Shown: positions 10,711 to 20,789, numbered from the stretch's first letter. The stretch is 64,000 nucleotides of DNA from Candidatus Alloclostridium intestinigallinarum (GCA_904393845.1 CAJFNB010000001.1:127623-191622); one strand, 5' to 3'. Numbers and translations are program-made. The notes: generated from the sequence alone by a model not told the origin.

Positions 10711-11802
10711 ATGAAGGACAAGAAAAAAAAGGCTCCCGTCCCCTTCGGGGAAAAGTACGAAAATCTGCGCGAACGCCAGCGGCTCTTCCACGCCGCCATG
10801 AAGGAAAACCGCGAACGCCGGCGCGAACTTATGAAGGAGAACACCGCGCAGGCTAAAGCCAAGGCGAAAAAGCTGGCGCGCAGGATTTCTTTCGGAATAA
10901 AGTATACGTACGCGATGGGCGGCAGACTGCGCAACGAGATAGTGGGTATGCTCACCGTATACAACTTCGGGCGTGCGGTATTTCTGCACATAAAACGGCA
11001 TATACGCTTCGACCCTTCCGACGAAAAACTTTACCTGAATACCTACTATCCGCTCGGCAAACACAAGGGCAGATACAAAGTTTTTCTGTATATCCACGGC
11101 GGCGGCTGGATGGGCGGCTGGCCCGAATCGCGCGAGGCGTTCACCACGCGCATAGCCACGGCGGGATATTTCGTGGCGAGCGTTTATTACGGCGAAGCGC
11201 CCAGATACGCCCACCCCAGAATGATAGAAAACATATACAAGGCGATAGGCTGGCTGCGCGACCACGCGGACGAACTGGATATAGATATGGAAAGCATTGT
11301 CGTAAGCGGCGAATCCGCGGGCGCGCACCTTGCCGCCATGGCGGCTTGCATATCGACAAACCCCGAATATGCCGCAAAATTCAATCTGGACAAGCGCGCA
11401 AGGGAGCAGAAGTTTTCCGCGACCGTGCTCAACTGCGGCGTTTACGACCTGGAAAAAGTGGTGGAATCGGGCTTTAAGCGCGGCGGCATATACACGCAGG
11501 CTTACTGCGGCGGCACGCCCGTAAAGGAGACTGACGAGGAGTTCCGCAAAGAAATTTCGCCCATATACTGGGTAAACGAACGCTTTCCGCCCACATTTGC
11601 CATATCCGCGGAAAACGACAAACTCGCCCTGCTCACCTTCGATCTGATAGACAAGTTCATGCGGCTGGGAGTGCCCTACGTCCACTACCACGGCGAAGGA
11701 AGGTTCGCCGTGCACGCCTTCGCCATAACCATGGCGCTGAAAATAAGCAGGGACGCCATGAAGCAAATCCGCCGTTTTTTAAGCTCCCTGCAAAAAAGTT
11801 AA
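10711..11802 (+). CDS. Alpha/beta hydrolase (esterase/lipase, HSL-like) with a basic N-terminal extension
   Basis: HGGGW oxyanion motif and GESAGAHLA nucleophile elbow. The ATG at 10711 is preferred over the TTG at 10576, which lies inside the trp promoter/leader region. Confidence 0.75.
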   Translation: MKDKKKKAPVPFGEKYENLRERQRLFHAAMKENRERRRELMKENTAQAKAKAKKLARRISFGIKYTYAMGGRLRNEIVGMLTVYNFGRAVFLHIKRHIRFDPSDEKLYLNTYYPLGKHKGRYKVFLYIHGGGWMGGWPESREAFTTRIATAGYFVASVYYGEAPRYAHPRMIENIYKAIGWLRDHADELDIDMESIVVSGESAGAHLAAMAACISTNPEYAAKFNLDKRAREQKFSATVLNCGVYDLEKVVESGFKRGGIYTQAYCGGTPVKETDEEFRKEISPIYWVNERFPPTFAISAENDKLALLTFDLIDKFMRLGVPYVHYHGEGRFAVHAFAITMALKISRDAMKQIRRFLSSLQKS

Positions 11803-11860
11803 GGCTTATACGGTTAGAACGCATAAGCCTTTTTGTTTTCTCTTCCTGCGGATATATCTA

Positions 11861-12093
11861 CCCGTAGTGGGCCTCAGTAGAACACATTTTACTCTAAAAC
11901 ATAAAATATGTGTATATGTCGGGTTGTAAAATGCTTTGCTTTCAGCGGGAGCGCGTGGCGCTCCACCCATGATAATCTGCGAAGTAACCAAGCGATAATA
12001 CTGAATTGCTTTCTTCGCAGAGTAATCAGCCTGCGGCGGCTCGCCGCCCGAAAGCAGTACGATTAAAGTGTTCTACTGGGGCCCACTACGGGG
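11861..12093. mobile_element. MITE-like element, copy 1 (~230 bp, terminal inverted repeats)
   Basis: Left end cccgtagtgggcctcagtagaacac and right end gtgttctactggggcccactacgggg differ by one mismatch as inverted repeats. The internal blocks ataaaatatgtgtatat and gaaagcagtacgattaaagtg are shared with the copy at 59682-59892. Confidence 0.6.
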
Positions 12094-12874
12094 ACCCGTT
12101 CATACCGTAACTTACGTTGCATTCGGCAAGAAATTCCGTTACCAGGTCGGAAGGCACGGCGCACCCCAGCCCGTAAATGTCTTCCGTCTGTCCGGAAGAA
12201 GCCGAGTTGTTTTCCAGGCGGGCGTAAATCACGCCGACGACGTACCCGTTCTTGTTGAGAAGCGGACCGCCGGAATTGCCGTGGTTGATGTTCGCGTCGA
12301 GAATAATCGAGTCTATCCCGCCCGCGGGATTGTTTTCTTCCTTCACATAACAATCGAGCGCCGAAATGGTTGCGGAAGAAACGCCCAGCCCCAGATTGGA
12401 CGGGTTGCCGATGACATAAGCCGTATCGCCGGGATAAATGTTGTTCACGTCGCTGCTGGAAGCGAATGTCACATAGCTTTGCTCGGCATAGACCGCCACT
12501 TTGATTACGGCAATGTCTATTTCCGCGTTGATATAGCTCACCGAGGCGCGCAGCCGGGTGCCGTTGTAGTCCTCCACGGTCAGATTGGCGTCCGTATCGT
12601 AATTGACGGCGTGCGCGTTTGTTACGGCATAGCCGTCGGAAGAGATATAAAAGCCGCTTGAAGTCAAAGTGGAACCGGACAGCGAGCAGTAGACCCTGAG
12701 CGCCGCGGGAAGATTGTTCGCCGCCACGAGCGTGCCCGTGGAAGTATCGTCTGTAAACTGCGGGGTGAGAATACCCGCCTGCCTTTCCCCCGAAAGGGAA
12801 CAGCCCGCCAGGGATACGGCTACGACCGCCAGACAGAGAAGCGTTATCACAAACACGAATTTTTTATTGCGCAT
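12086..12874 (-). CDS. Trypsin-like serine protease lipoprotein (S1/HtrA-like core)
   Basis: Lipobox LAGCS. Catalytic triad context is TNAHAV (His), DIAVIKV (Asp) and HGNSGGPLL (Ser). The GGGAGGG RBS favours the second Met. Confidence 0.8.
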   Translation of the reverse strand: MRNKKFVFVITLLCLAVVAVSLAGCSLSGERQAGILTPQFTDDTSTGTLVAANNLPAALRVYCSLSGSTLTSSGFYISSDGYAVTNAHAVNYDTDANLTVEDYNGTRLRASVSYINAEIDIAVIKVAVYAEQSYVTFASSSDVNNIYPGDTAYVIGNPSNLGLGVSSATISALDCYVKEENNPAGGIDSIILDANINHGNSGGPLLNKNGYVVGVIYARLENNSASSGQTEDIYGLGCAVPSDLVTEFLAECNVSYGMNGSP

Positions 12875-13775
12875 CATTCCCTCCCGCCGCCTGTTCAAGC
12901 AGCTCTGCCACGTGAGTTATATCCGTCATACACGCCTTGCCGTAAATGTCGTTCTCCTGATCCGCGCCCGAATCGCTGTATATGCGCGAGAATATTATGC
13001 CTACCGCCTGCCCGTCCTTATTCACCGCGACGCCGCCTATATCTCCGCTGTGGAAACAGCCGTCAAGCAGATATTCCGCGCGCGAACGCGTCGTGACGTA
13101 GTCGAAACTGTGGCTGCCGGAATACATTCGCACGTCGGCGCCTGCCAGAAGCACGGCGGAGATAAGTCCGCTGCCCGAAGGCTCCTGCAAATCGCCCATA
13201 ACGGAAAACAGCCACAGCTTTTCGCCCAGGGAAGCTATTCCCGTATTGCCCGTAACGGGTATGTATTTGTTCGTCCGCCCTTCCACCGGCACCTTTACTA
13301 TCGCCACGCCGTATTCTTCGTCAACGTATATATTGCCGTCTATGGGCGCGTTGTCGCCGTAAGGAGTGCCGTAAAAATAGAATTGCTCGTAGCGCGTTAC
13401 CGTCTCCCCGTCCTCTTCTGCCGAATAGTAAATCCTGACGGAATATCTGTCCACTTCCGAGAAAAACGATGTGGGAACAAACGCCGCCGCGGGCAGCGCC
13501 AGCCAGCCGTCCTCCGTGACGTATACGCCCGCGGAGTTGAATGAGTACTGCCGGTATACGGTCGTGCGGTCCTCTTCATAGCGCGTGACTTTCGCATACA
13601 CCGCCGCTCCGCCATACCTGTCGTACAGTTCGCGCCCGTCCTCCTGCGTCAAATCCACTTCGTAGGAATAGTAGTAGTCGGGAACGGTGCCCACGAAATC
13701 GCACGCCGCGAAAATACTTGCCGCGGCGAATAAAGCCGCGGCGACAAGCATTATCTCAAGCACGCGTTTTTTCAT
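12864..13775 (-). CDS. Trypsin-fold paralogue lacking the catalytic triad (predicted inactive lipoprotein)
   Basis: Lipobox-like FAAC. Aligns by eye with the neighbour, but His context -> ALPAAAF, DIAVIKV -> GVAIVKV, and GNSGGP -> GDIGGV. Confidence 0.6.
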   Translation of the reverse strand: MKKRVLEIMLVAAALFAAASIFAACDFVGTVPDYYYSYEVDLTQEDGRELYDRYGGAAVYAKVTRYEEDRTTVYRQYSFNSAGVYVTEDGWLALPAAAFVPTSFFSEVDRYSVRIYYSAEEDGETVTRYEQFYFYGTPYGDNAPIDGNIYVDEEYGVAIVKVPVEGRTNKYIPVTGNTGIASLGEKLWLFSVMGDLQEPSGSGLISAVLLAGADVRMYSGSHSFDYVTTRSRAEYLLDGCFHSGDIGGVAVNKDGQAVGIIFSRIYSDSGADQENDIYGKACMTDITHVAELLEQAAGGNDAQ

Positions 13776-14635
13776 TCCAGCGTCCACACTTCCGTATGGG
13801 TGTGCTCTTCGCCCGGCTTGAGCGTGAACAGCGACGAAAGCGTTTCTATCTCCGTAAAGAGATTATACGTATAGCTTTCCACGTTGCAGGAAAAGTCGGG
13901 ATAACTGCCCTCGGGTGCGGGCATTTTTATCGTGAACTTGCCTCCCTTGGTGTAGGAATACACATAGCCCAGAGTGTTCATAGTGCCAACTTTAAGCGCG
14001 TGGGGCATGGTTTTGTCGAACTTTATGGTAATGTCGTCGTCCTTGATTACAAGACGCGGGTCGTTCACTTCGTTGTAGCACCAGTGCACTATGTTGCGGT
14101 TGGGCAGAAACGCCGTGTCCGAAGTGTCGAGCGGCAGATGCGCTTCCGCTCCGCCGTCCATAACGGTGAGCGCCCACATTGCAATAGGCGTGGTCTCCTT
14201 GCCGCCCCTGTTGACGAATTTGTGCTCTATGGTCACTTCTCCGCTTTCGTCCATAGTTATCTTCATGCTCTTTTCAAGACGCGTGGTAAGCTCCGCGGGA
14301 GAAGTGAACACCGCGCCGTTTTCCAGCTTTTCCACCTTGACGGGCGCGTTGTCGGGATAGTAAGTGTCCATATATTCGGGCGATTTCCACAGCCTGTGTC
14401 CGCCGTATATATGCCAGCCGCCGCTGCCTTTGAGTACGGGATCCATAAGTTCTTCGGGCTTGTTGACTTCGTCGTTGATATCCTCGAACAGAATGTTTTC
14501 TCCGCCCTCTTTGCCAAAGTAAATTATGCGGGGTCCCAGCTCCGTGGTCACGCTCAGCTTGATTCCGCCCGCCGCCATGGAGAGCACTTTGCCGTATTTG
14601 CCGTAAATTTCTTCAAAAATTTTCATAGCGTCCAC
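13772..14635 (-). CDS. Galactose-mutarotase-like / DUF4380-type protein (function uncertain)
   Basis: 287 aa. The GPRIIYFG...NILFE...GGHRLWKSPE pattern resembles aldose-epimerase-fold proteins. Lies directly downstream of a GPH sugar symporter. Confidence 0.4.
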   Translation of the reverse strand: MDAMKIFEEIYGKYGKVLSMAAGGIKLSVTTELGPRIIYFGKEGGENILFEDINDEVNKPEELMDPVLKGSGGWHIYGGHRLWKSPEYMDTYYPDNAPVKVEKLENGAVFTSPAELTTRLEKSMKITMDESGEVTIEHKFVNRGGKETTPIAMWALTVMDGGAEAHLPLDTSDTAFLPNRNIVHWCYNEVNDPRLVIKDDDITIKFDKTMPHALKVGTMNTLGYVYSYTKGGKFTIKMPAPEGSYPDFSCNVESYTYNLFTEIETLSSLFTLKPGEEHTHTEVWTLE

Positions 14636-14776
14636 CTTTTATATTATACTGCTTATGCCGCAATTTAACTGTCAAAAATCGGTAAATTGCGGCACGCGTC
14701 TTTTTTATTCTTCCTTTTTCCCCGTCTCCGCGCCGCCTTCGTTTTCCGCCGTAACTTTAAGGCGGCGCGGCGGCGC

Positions 14777-16495
14777 TTATTGCGTATCCGAACCGCCGTC
14801 CTTATCTCCGCCGCAAGACTTGCCGTACGCGGTTTCCTCAGACAGTTCTTCTTCCCTGCTTTCGGCTTCCGCTATGTCGCCCATGGCGGAAATCGCGCCT
14901 TCGCCGAGGAATTCTTCCTCCGCCGCGTTTTTCCTGTTGCGGTAGACGACGTTGTTAAGGTCGTATTCTTCGTTATACCTGAACGCAAGCTGGCTTATAA
15001 GCTGTCTGCGCTCTTCCTTTTCCTCTTCCGTAAGGGTATCGTATAGGTCGGCTTCCACTTTTTCGTTGAAATACTTGATGCGCGCCAGCTTCCTGTTTGT
15101 CACCTTATAGCGGAAGGACGCGAAGAAGGCGAACGCGATAAGCGCCGCCACGGCTATACCCATAACCAGTTTTATGGCGAGAATTGCCGAATCGGGCTGG
15201 TCGATGTAGACGGACGCGTCGCCGGTAGTGTTTTCCAGATAGCCCGCGCCGTTGATTATCCAGCCCACAAGTCCCACGCCGAACGCGCCGGACACTTTTC
15301 TTGCCAGCGTCATCATGCCGCTGTAAGTACCCGTGGGGCGCTTGCCCGTGGCAAGCTCCGCAACGTCTATGGTATCGGGGAATATCATCCACGGTATCAT
15401 CTGCGCGCCGCCGAAGCCCAGTCCCATCATGAGCGCCATGATAGGCACGAGTATGGGCGGAGTCCACGACGGGTCCATGACGGCGAACATTATGCCGCCG
15501 ATTATGTAGAAAGGCAGACCCATTCTGAACACGAACTGTTTGCTCTTTTTATCCATTAAAATTCTGCACACGGGGAACATACACACCGCCGCCACCATAA
15601 GGGGCGCGATTATGAACAGCGAGGACATATCCAGACCGAACAGCGTGTAGCCGTGCCATACGTCGGTCGCGTAGTACACCGCCAGCGCGGAAAGCATATC
15701 CATGCAGGTGAACGCGGCGCAGTACATACCGATATGCCAGCGGTAGGAACGGTTCTTATACGGTTCGGCATAGTTTTTGACGAACTGTTTCGCGTTGAAT
15801 TTTTCCTTGGGAGTTTTTACGGTGACCCTTTCCTTGACCACGACCGCGCACAGTATGAGTCCGCCGCCGAACAGAATACCGAAAATGAGCGCTATACACA
15901 GCCAGAAGGTCGTGGAAGAGATGTTCGGCATAAACAGATAGCCGTTCTTGCTTATGAGCGCTTCGATGAGCAGCAGGGGCAGCGCGTAGGCAAGACCGGA
16001 AGCTATCGAAGTGAAGATGAGTTTTACCGTGTTGGCGTTGTTCCTCTCCTTGAACGAAGGGGAAATATCGCTGGACATGGAGCAGTACGGCACCTGCGAA
16101 ATGGTGGACACGGTGTTCCACACGAGATACATTATGAGTATGAACGCGGTAAAGCCGCCTATCGACATACCCCACTCGCGCACGGGCATGAACATGATGA
16201 GCAGGGTGAGAATCACTCCCACGCCGCCTATGAACATATAAGGCTTTCTCCTGCCCCACCTGGCACGCGTGTTGTCGCTTATAAAGCCCATAATGGGGTC
16301 GGTTACCGCGTCCCACAGCTTTGCAACCGTCATAATGGTGGAAGCCACCGCCATAGCCACGCCCATCGTGGTCATATATTTGAGCATTATGCACGACATC
16401 AGCGAAACGCCGCCGCCGTCCATTAAGCCGCCTATTCCGTACGCCACTTTTTCGCGTGAAGGAATACGCTCGTTGATAACTACTTCTTTTTTCAT
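14777..16495 (-). CDS. Glycoside-pentoside-hexuronide (GPH) family cation symporter with acidic C-terminal tail
   Basis: 572 aa and polytopic. N-terminus EKVAYGIGGLMDGG...DAVTDPIMGFISDNT is typical of the MelB/GusB-type family. Confidence 0.8.
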   Translation of the reverse strand: MKKEVVINERIPSREKVAYGIGGLMDGGGVSLMSCIMLKYMTTMGVAMAVASTIMTVAKLWDAVTDPIMGFISDNTRARWGRRKPYMFIGGVGVILTLLIMFMPVREWGMSIGGFTAFILIMYLVWNTVSTISQVPYCSMSSDISPSFKERNNANTVKLIFTSIASGLAYALPLLLIEALISKNGYLFMPNISSTTFWLCIALIFGILFGGGLILCAVVVKERVTVKTPKEKFNAKQFVKNYAEPYKNRSYRWHIGMYCAAFTCMDMLSALAVYYATDVWHGYTLFGLDMSSLFIIAPLMVAAVCMFPVCRILMDKKSKQFVFRMGLPFYIIGGIMFAVMDPSWTPPILVPIMALMMGLGFGGAQMIPWMIFPDTIDVAELATGKRPTGTYSGMMTLARKVSGAFGVGLVGWIINGAGYLENTTGDASVYIDQPDSAILAIKLVMGIAVAALIAFAFFASFRYKVTNRKLARIKYFNEKVEADLYDTLTEEEKEERRQLISQLAFRYNEEYDLNNVVYRNRKNAAEEEFLGEGAISAMGDIAEAESREEELSEETAYGKSCGGDKDGGSDTQ

Positions 16496-16542
16496 TTTTT
16501 CCTCGCTCTCGTGCAGTCGGGCGGATTACCCGTAAAGTATTT

Positions 16543-16932
16543 TCAGTTTTTGTCTTCGCCGTCTTCCGCGGGCGCCGCGGCGAGCAGCCTTCCCCTGTAC
16601 TCGCTAATGCTTGCGGTAAGCGCGTTTAGCGTTGCGCGTTTTATGCGGTACTTATCCGACGAGCACAATCCGCCGGTAACGCTTACGTTCGAGTGATAGC
16701 TCTTCAGAAGTTCCGCGTAATCGTCCAGAAGTTCCTTCATTCCCGAAAACGCGCCGTCGTCTTTCAGAAACTGTATGCTGCGGCGGCAGGAAGTGATAAG
16801 GTCGGATATCCTGCCCGCCTCTTTATTCAGCTTGTATTTGACGGTGGATCCCCTGTGGGCGGCTTCCAGCGCCTTCAATGCGAGAATGAGTTTGTCTGTA
16901 TCCTTGATAAGATCGGAAAAATATTCGTTCAT
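16543..16932 (-). CDS. Hypothetical helical protein
   Basis: 129-aa ORF with coding-like composition. No recognisable motif. Confidence 0.4.
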   Translation of the reverse strand: MNEYFSDLIKDTDKLILALKALEAAHRGSTVKYKLNKEAGRISDLITSCRRSIQFLKDDGAFSGMKELLDDYAELLKSYHSNVSVTGGLCSSDKYRIKRATLNALTASISEYRGRLLAAAPAEDGEDKN

Positions 16933-17033
16933 AATTAAACCCTCCGTATAATATAATATATATTATTTACATTGCATATGTCAAGACATATGGCGGAACG
17001 GAAGGGCATTTTACCGTTCATAATTGCCGCAAT

Positions 17034-17930
17034 ATGCCGCAAACTATGGTTATGAAGAAATTTGCCGCCGTACTTGTCCTGTCTTTGCTCGCGGTATGCT
17101 GCGGTTTTGCAGTACCCTGCGCCGCGGAGGAAAAACAGGATTTCCGCATAGTCACCGCGCTTATGTACCACGGAGTACTCAAATCCAGGCAGGGAGAGTA
17201 TATCGTGTCGCCAGCGCGCCTTGAAGAAGACATAGTAAACTTCAAAAACGCCGGATACAACTTCGTTCTGCCCTGCCAGGTCGCGGCGTATGCGCGCGGC
17301 GCGGGGAGTCTGCCGCACAAACCGCTTATTCTCACCTTTGACGACGGGCATTACAACAACGCCTTCTACGCCCTGCCCCTTTTGCAAAAACACGGCGCGT
17401 GCGCCGTGATAAACGTGATAGGCGCGTTCTCCGCCTTTTCCGCAAGTTCGGGCGACAGCGACAATCCCAACTATTCCCACCTTACCTGGGACAACCTCAA
17501 CTATCTCTTGTCAAGCGGCATAATAGAGCTGGGCAACCACACCTACGATATGCACAAATACTCGCCGCGCTTCGGGGTGGGCAGACTGGGCGGGGAAAGC
17601 GACGGCGAATATTATTCCGCGCTTTACAAGGACTTTTCCCGCCTGCACGAAACGATAAGGGAAAAGTGCGGATACGATATGACGACCTTTGCGTTTCCCT
17701 TCGGAAAATATACCGAAATTGCGGAGCAGGTATTGAAAAAACTCGGTTACACCCTGACTTTCACCTGCAACGAGGGCGTGACGAAAGTCACCTCCGGCTC
17801 CCCTTCTTCCTGCTTTTATATACGGCGCATAAATATGGACGGCAGGTCGGATTCTTCCGCCCTTCTGCAAAAGGCGGAGGGTTATTACCGCTCCGCCTTA
17901 CGTCAGTCTTCGTCATCGTCGTCCCCGTAA
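17034..17930 (+). CDS. Polysaccharide deacetylase (NodB homology domain), secreted
   Basis: Signal peptide MKKFAAVLVLSLLAV; LTFDDGHYNN and NHTYDMH motifs. The start may be 17046 or 17052. Confidence 0.8.
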   Translation: MPQTMVMKKFAAVLVLSLLAVCCGFAVPCAAEEKQDFRIVTALMYHGVLKSRQGEYIVSPARLEEDIVNFKNAGYNFVLPCQVAAYARGAGSLPHKPLILTFDDGHYNNAFYALPLLQKHGACAVINVIGAFSAFSASSGDSDNPNYSHLTWDNLNYLLSSGIIELGNHTYDMHKYSPRFGVGRLGGESDGEYYSALYKDFSRLHETIREKCGYDMTTFAFPFGKYTEIAEQVLKKLGYTLTFTCNEGVTKVTSGSPSSCFYIRRINMDGRSDSSALLQKAEGYYRSALRQSSSSSSP

Positions 17931-18844
17931 GCGACGTCCTCGTCGCTGCGCCTGAACTTTTCGCGCGCGATTTTCGCGGCTTTTCTTTTTTCCGCCCTTG
18001 CCGCCTTTTCCGCCTCTTTCTTCTCCTCCCGCGCCGCCGGCCTTTCCGCGTCTTTTCCGGCATCGCCGGATACCGCCGCGCGCTCGGGGAGAATCCAGCC
18101 GCGCCGCGCGCACTCGCGCGCAAGATAGCCCGGCACGGGCGGAATTTCCGCCGCTTCGTATTCGACAAGTTTCAGGTACTTTATCGCGCCGAATTCGCTC
18201 CTGAACGAAGGCGGCGGAGCGTACGTTATGCCCGCGGGCAGACCGTCTTTCACCTTAAGGCGCGCCGTGCCTCCGTCGTTGGAAAGCGCGGCAATCGTCT
18301 CTTCGGCGTTGGGGACGTATTTTACGTCCGCCTTGAATTTATTGAATAAAAGATGCGTGCCCACGTACTGATAGGCGTACTCCCTTCTTTCCTCCACGGC
18401 GCCCTTGTGCGCGCGCAGTATTCTGTTATGGGAAAAATACACCGTAACGTCCTTGTTCCAATGGGAAAAGAGTATGTTTACCACGCCGTCCCCCACCCTG
18501 CACACATACAGGTCGTAGTAATAGAATACCACGCCGCGTATCACGAACACCGCGCCCAGCGCCATGCCTGCGAGAAATGCCAGCCCGAAAATGATTATCC
18601 ATACGTTTTTATAGGACACGGACGTGTAGACGTACACTACGGCGAGCACCAGCCAGATAAAGGCGTATACAGCGAAAAACGTCCACGATTTAAGACCCGG
18701 ACGGGCGGGGACGTATCTGAAACGGGCGCACGAAAGATTGGCGTAGAAGTTTTCCTCCACGTCCTTTACGCGCTGCGCCGCGGGAACACTTGCCTCCCGC
18801 GCCTCTTCTTTTATATACTCTTCCTCGTCGTCGTCACCGTACAT
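17903..18844 (-). CDS. Hypothetical membrane protein with acidic termini and Lys/Glu-rich tail
   Basis: 313 aa with two or three hydrophobic helices. N-terminus MYGDDDEEE and C-terminus AYGDDDDED. Confidence 0.5.
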   Translation of the reverse strand: MYGDDDEEEYIKEEAREASVPAAQRVKDVEENFYANLSCARFRYVPARPGLKSWTFFAVYAFIWLVLAVVYVYTSVSYKNVWIIIFGLAFLAGMALGAVFVIRGVVFYYYDLYVCRVGDGVVNILFSHWNKDVTVYFSHNRILRAHKGAVEERREYAYQYVGTHLLFNKFKADVKYVPNAEETIAALSNDGGTARLKVKDGLPAGITYAPPPSFRSEFGAIKYLKLVEYEAAEIPPVPGYLARECARRGWILPERAAVSGDAGKDAERPAAREEKKEAEKAARAEKRKAAKIAREKFRRSDEDVAYGDDDDED

Positions 18845-18845
18845 A

Positions 18846-20306
18846 TCACGCTCTGGACTGCACCGCTTCCGCTATCACTTCCATAAGGCGGTAGCCTTCT
18901 TTCGTGGAATCGGTGCCTATATGCCATATCATTACTCCGCCCAGACCGCAGTCCGCGGCGAAACAGGTCTTGTCGTATATCATTCCCCTGCCGTTGAACC
19001 AGGTGTTGCCCGAGGCGGTAACCCCTTCCAGGGTGGTGTATTCGTTATAATAAAAGGCGTTGTCCCATTCGCCCAGCTCCTCCGCCACGTCGAAATAGTT
19101 GCCCCAGAAAGTGTCGCCGTTTTCCGGACGCGAATAAAAAGGCAGTCCCAGATTTATCTTTCCAAGATCGAATCCCTTTTCTTCAAGCTGTCCGATGAGC
19201 AGATAGCAGGCGGAATAGAAAGAGGAGTGGTTGCCGTGGTCGTCGAACAAATCGTACGCCATGACCTCTATCCTGTCGAGTATGTCCAGATTTTCCGGCG
19301 TGAAACTCGCCGTGCCCAACTGCCATTCGGATATGGCGGCGGTGAGCAGCTTTTCTCCCGCGCCGAACTTTCCGTCCATTGCCGTATGCAGTTTTTCCAG
19401 ATAACCGGTGAAGTTTTCAAAAGACGAAGCCGCGCTCGGATATTCGTAGTCGAAGGAAACGCCGTCAAAGACGAATTTTTCGACAAACGCGAGAATATTT
19501 TCCGTCAGTACGTCCGACGCCGCGCCCGTCATCGCGGCGTTGTGCCGCTCTTCCGTGTCCATCTCCTCGCCCGTGCCGTTGTTTATGTTGCCCAGGAAAG
19601 TGACTACTATCTTCGCGTCGGTATACGCGCGCAGATTCTCCAAGCCCTTGGAAAACGCTTCCCTCGCGGCAACGCCTTCCGCGGTCGTGTCGTTAATTCC
19701 GTAAACCTTGTCGCTTCCGTCCGCCGCGCGGAAGTACAGCCCGCCCTTTGAATCGAAGTATACTCCCGATATGTAATTCAGATGGGTCGCCGCCTGCAGA
19801 TTGGGCGCCCATTCTTCTTCCAGCTCTCCGCCGCCGTACGCCCACTGCGCGGTGACGTAGCCCATTATCTCGAAGTCTTCTTCCGCCGTATCCGATATAT
19901 CGTACGCTTCAAGCCCTTTCAGCTTCCAGTTGCCGTCCGATTCTATCTCTATGCGAAGACTGCTTGCCGTAACTGCGGAAAACGAACCGTAATGATAGCC
20001 CTCCACATAGTCGCTGCCGTAAAAAGGTTCTTCCCCGTCGTCGGCATATACGCGGAATTTTCTTATATTGTCGCCGCTTTCTTTAAGCACGAGCGTATTG
20101 AAGGTGACCTCCCGCCCGAACTCGAAAACCGCGCTTTCGCCGCTTTTGCCGCTCTTCGTCCCGAATTCGCCGCTCTCTGCCAGATTGGCAAACCTGCCTA
20201 CTATCGAACCGGGCGTGGAATTGCGCGTGCACCCGGCAAGACACAGCATTCCCACCGCGGCACATACCAGAACCGCCGCTATGACCAGAACAAGCGTGTG
20301 TTTCAT
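18846..20306 (-). CDS. Glycoside hydrolase family 18-like lipoprotein with an N-terminal beta-sandwich domain
   Basis: Lipobox LAGC. FDGVSFDYEYP matches the GH18 DxxDxDxE region, with the second Asp replaced by Ser. Confidence 0.7.
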   Translation of the reverse strand: MKHTLVLVIAAVLVCAAVGMLCLAGCTRNSTPGSIVGRFANLAESGEFGTKSGKSGESAVFEFGREVTFNTLVLKESGDNIRKFRVYADDGEEPFYGSDYVEGYHYGSFSAVTASSLRIEIESDGNWKLKGLEAYDISDTAEEDFEIMGYVTAQWAYGGGELEEEWAPNLQAATHLNYISGVYFDSKGGLYFRAADGSDKVYGINDTTAEGVAAREAFSKGLENLRAYTDAKIVVTFLGNINNGTGEEMDTEERHNAAMTGAASDVLTENILAFVEKFVFDGVSFDYEYPSAASSFENFTGYLEKLHTAMDGKFGAGEKLLTAAISEWQLGTASFTPENLDILDRIEVMAYDLFDDHGNHSSFYSACYLLIGQLEEKGFDLGKINLGLPFYSRPENGDTFWGNYFDVAEELGEWDNAFYYNEYTTLEGVTASGNTWFNGRGMIYDKTCFAADCGLGGVMIWHIGTDSTKEGYRLMEVIAEAVQSRA

Positions 20307-20789
20307 ATCTTTCTCCCAAAAATTTTATCGGTATTTCCATTATACTATAAAAATATAAACAACGCAAGAGGGGGCGCGCGGCGAGCCGATTACGCCTTGA
20401 AACAATAACGAGTGAATTTCGAGCCTTTTTCTTCGCAACACTTTTGCTGCGTGTTCATTTTGCCTTCAATACAATCTTTTACCGAAAATATTGGTATCGG
20501 ATACTTTTTTTCATATCAAAATAATGTGCCCGCAAAAGCGGACGCATCGTTGCCTATATAAATAAAACGGTGCGAAGGAGCCAAACAATAATGCCCGTTT
20601 TACACTCCTTGCGAATGGGCGTGTCCCTTATGCATAAATGGTAGGGGCGCTATTAGCCCCTCGGACGACCGCGACAAGCGATTTCGGCAAATAGATTTCG
20701 GCGCAAATTTTCGCAACGCCGAACGAAGTCGTAGCAGAGTTACGTCGAGTGAGGGGTTGCGGAAAGGTGCCCGAAAGATACTGCCCAAA

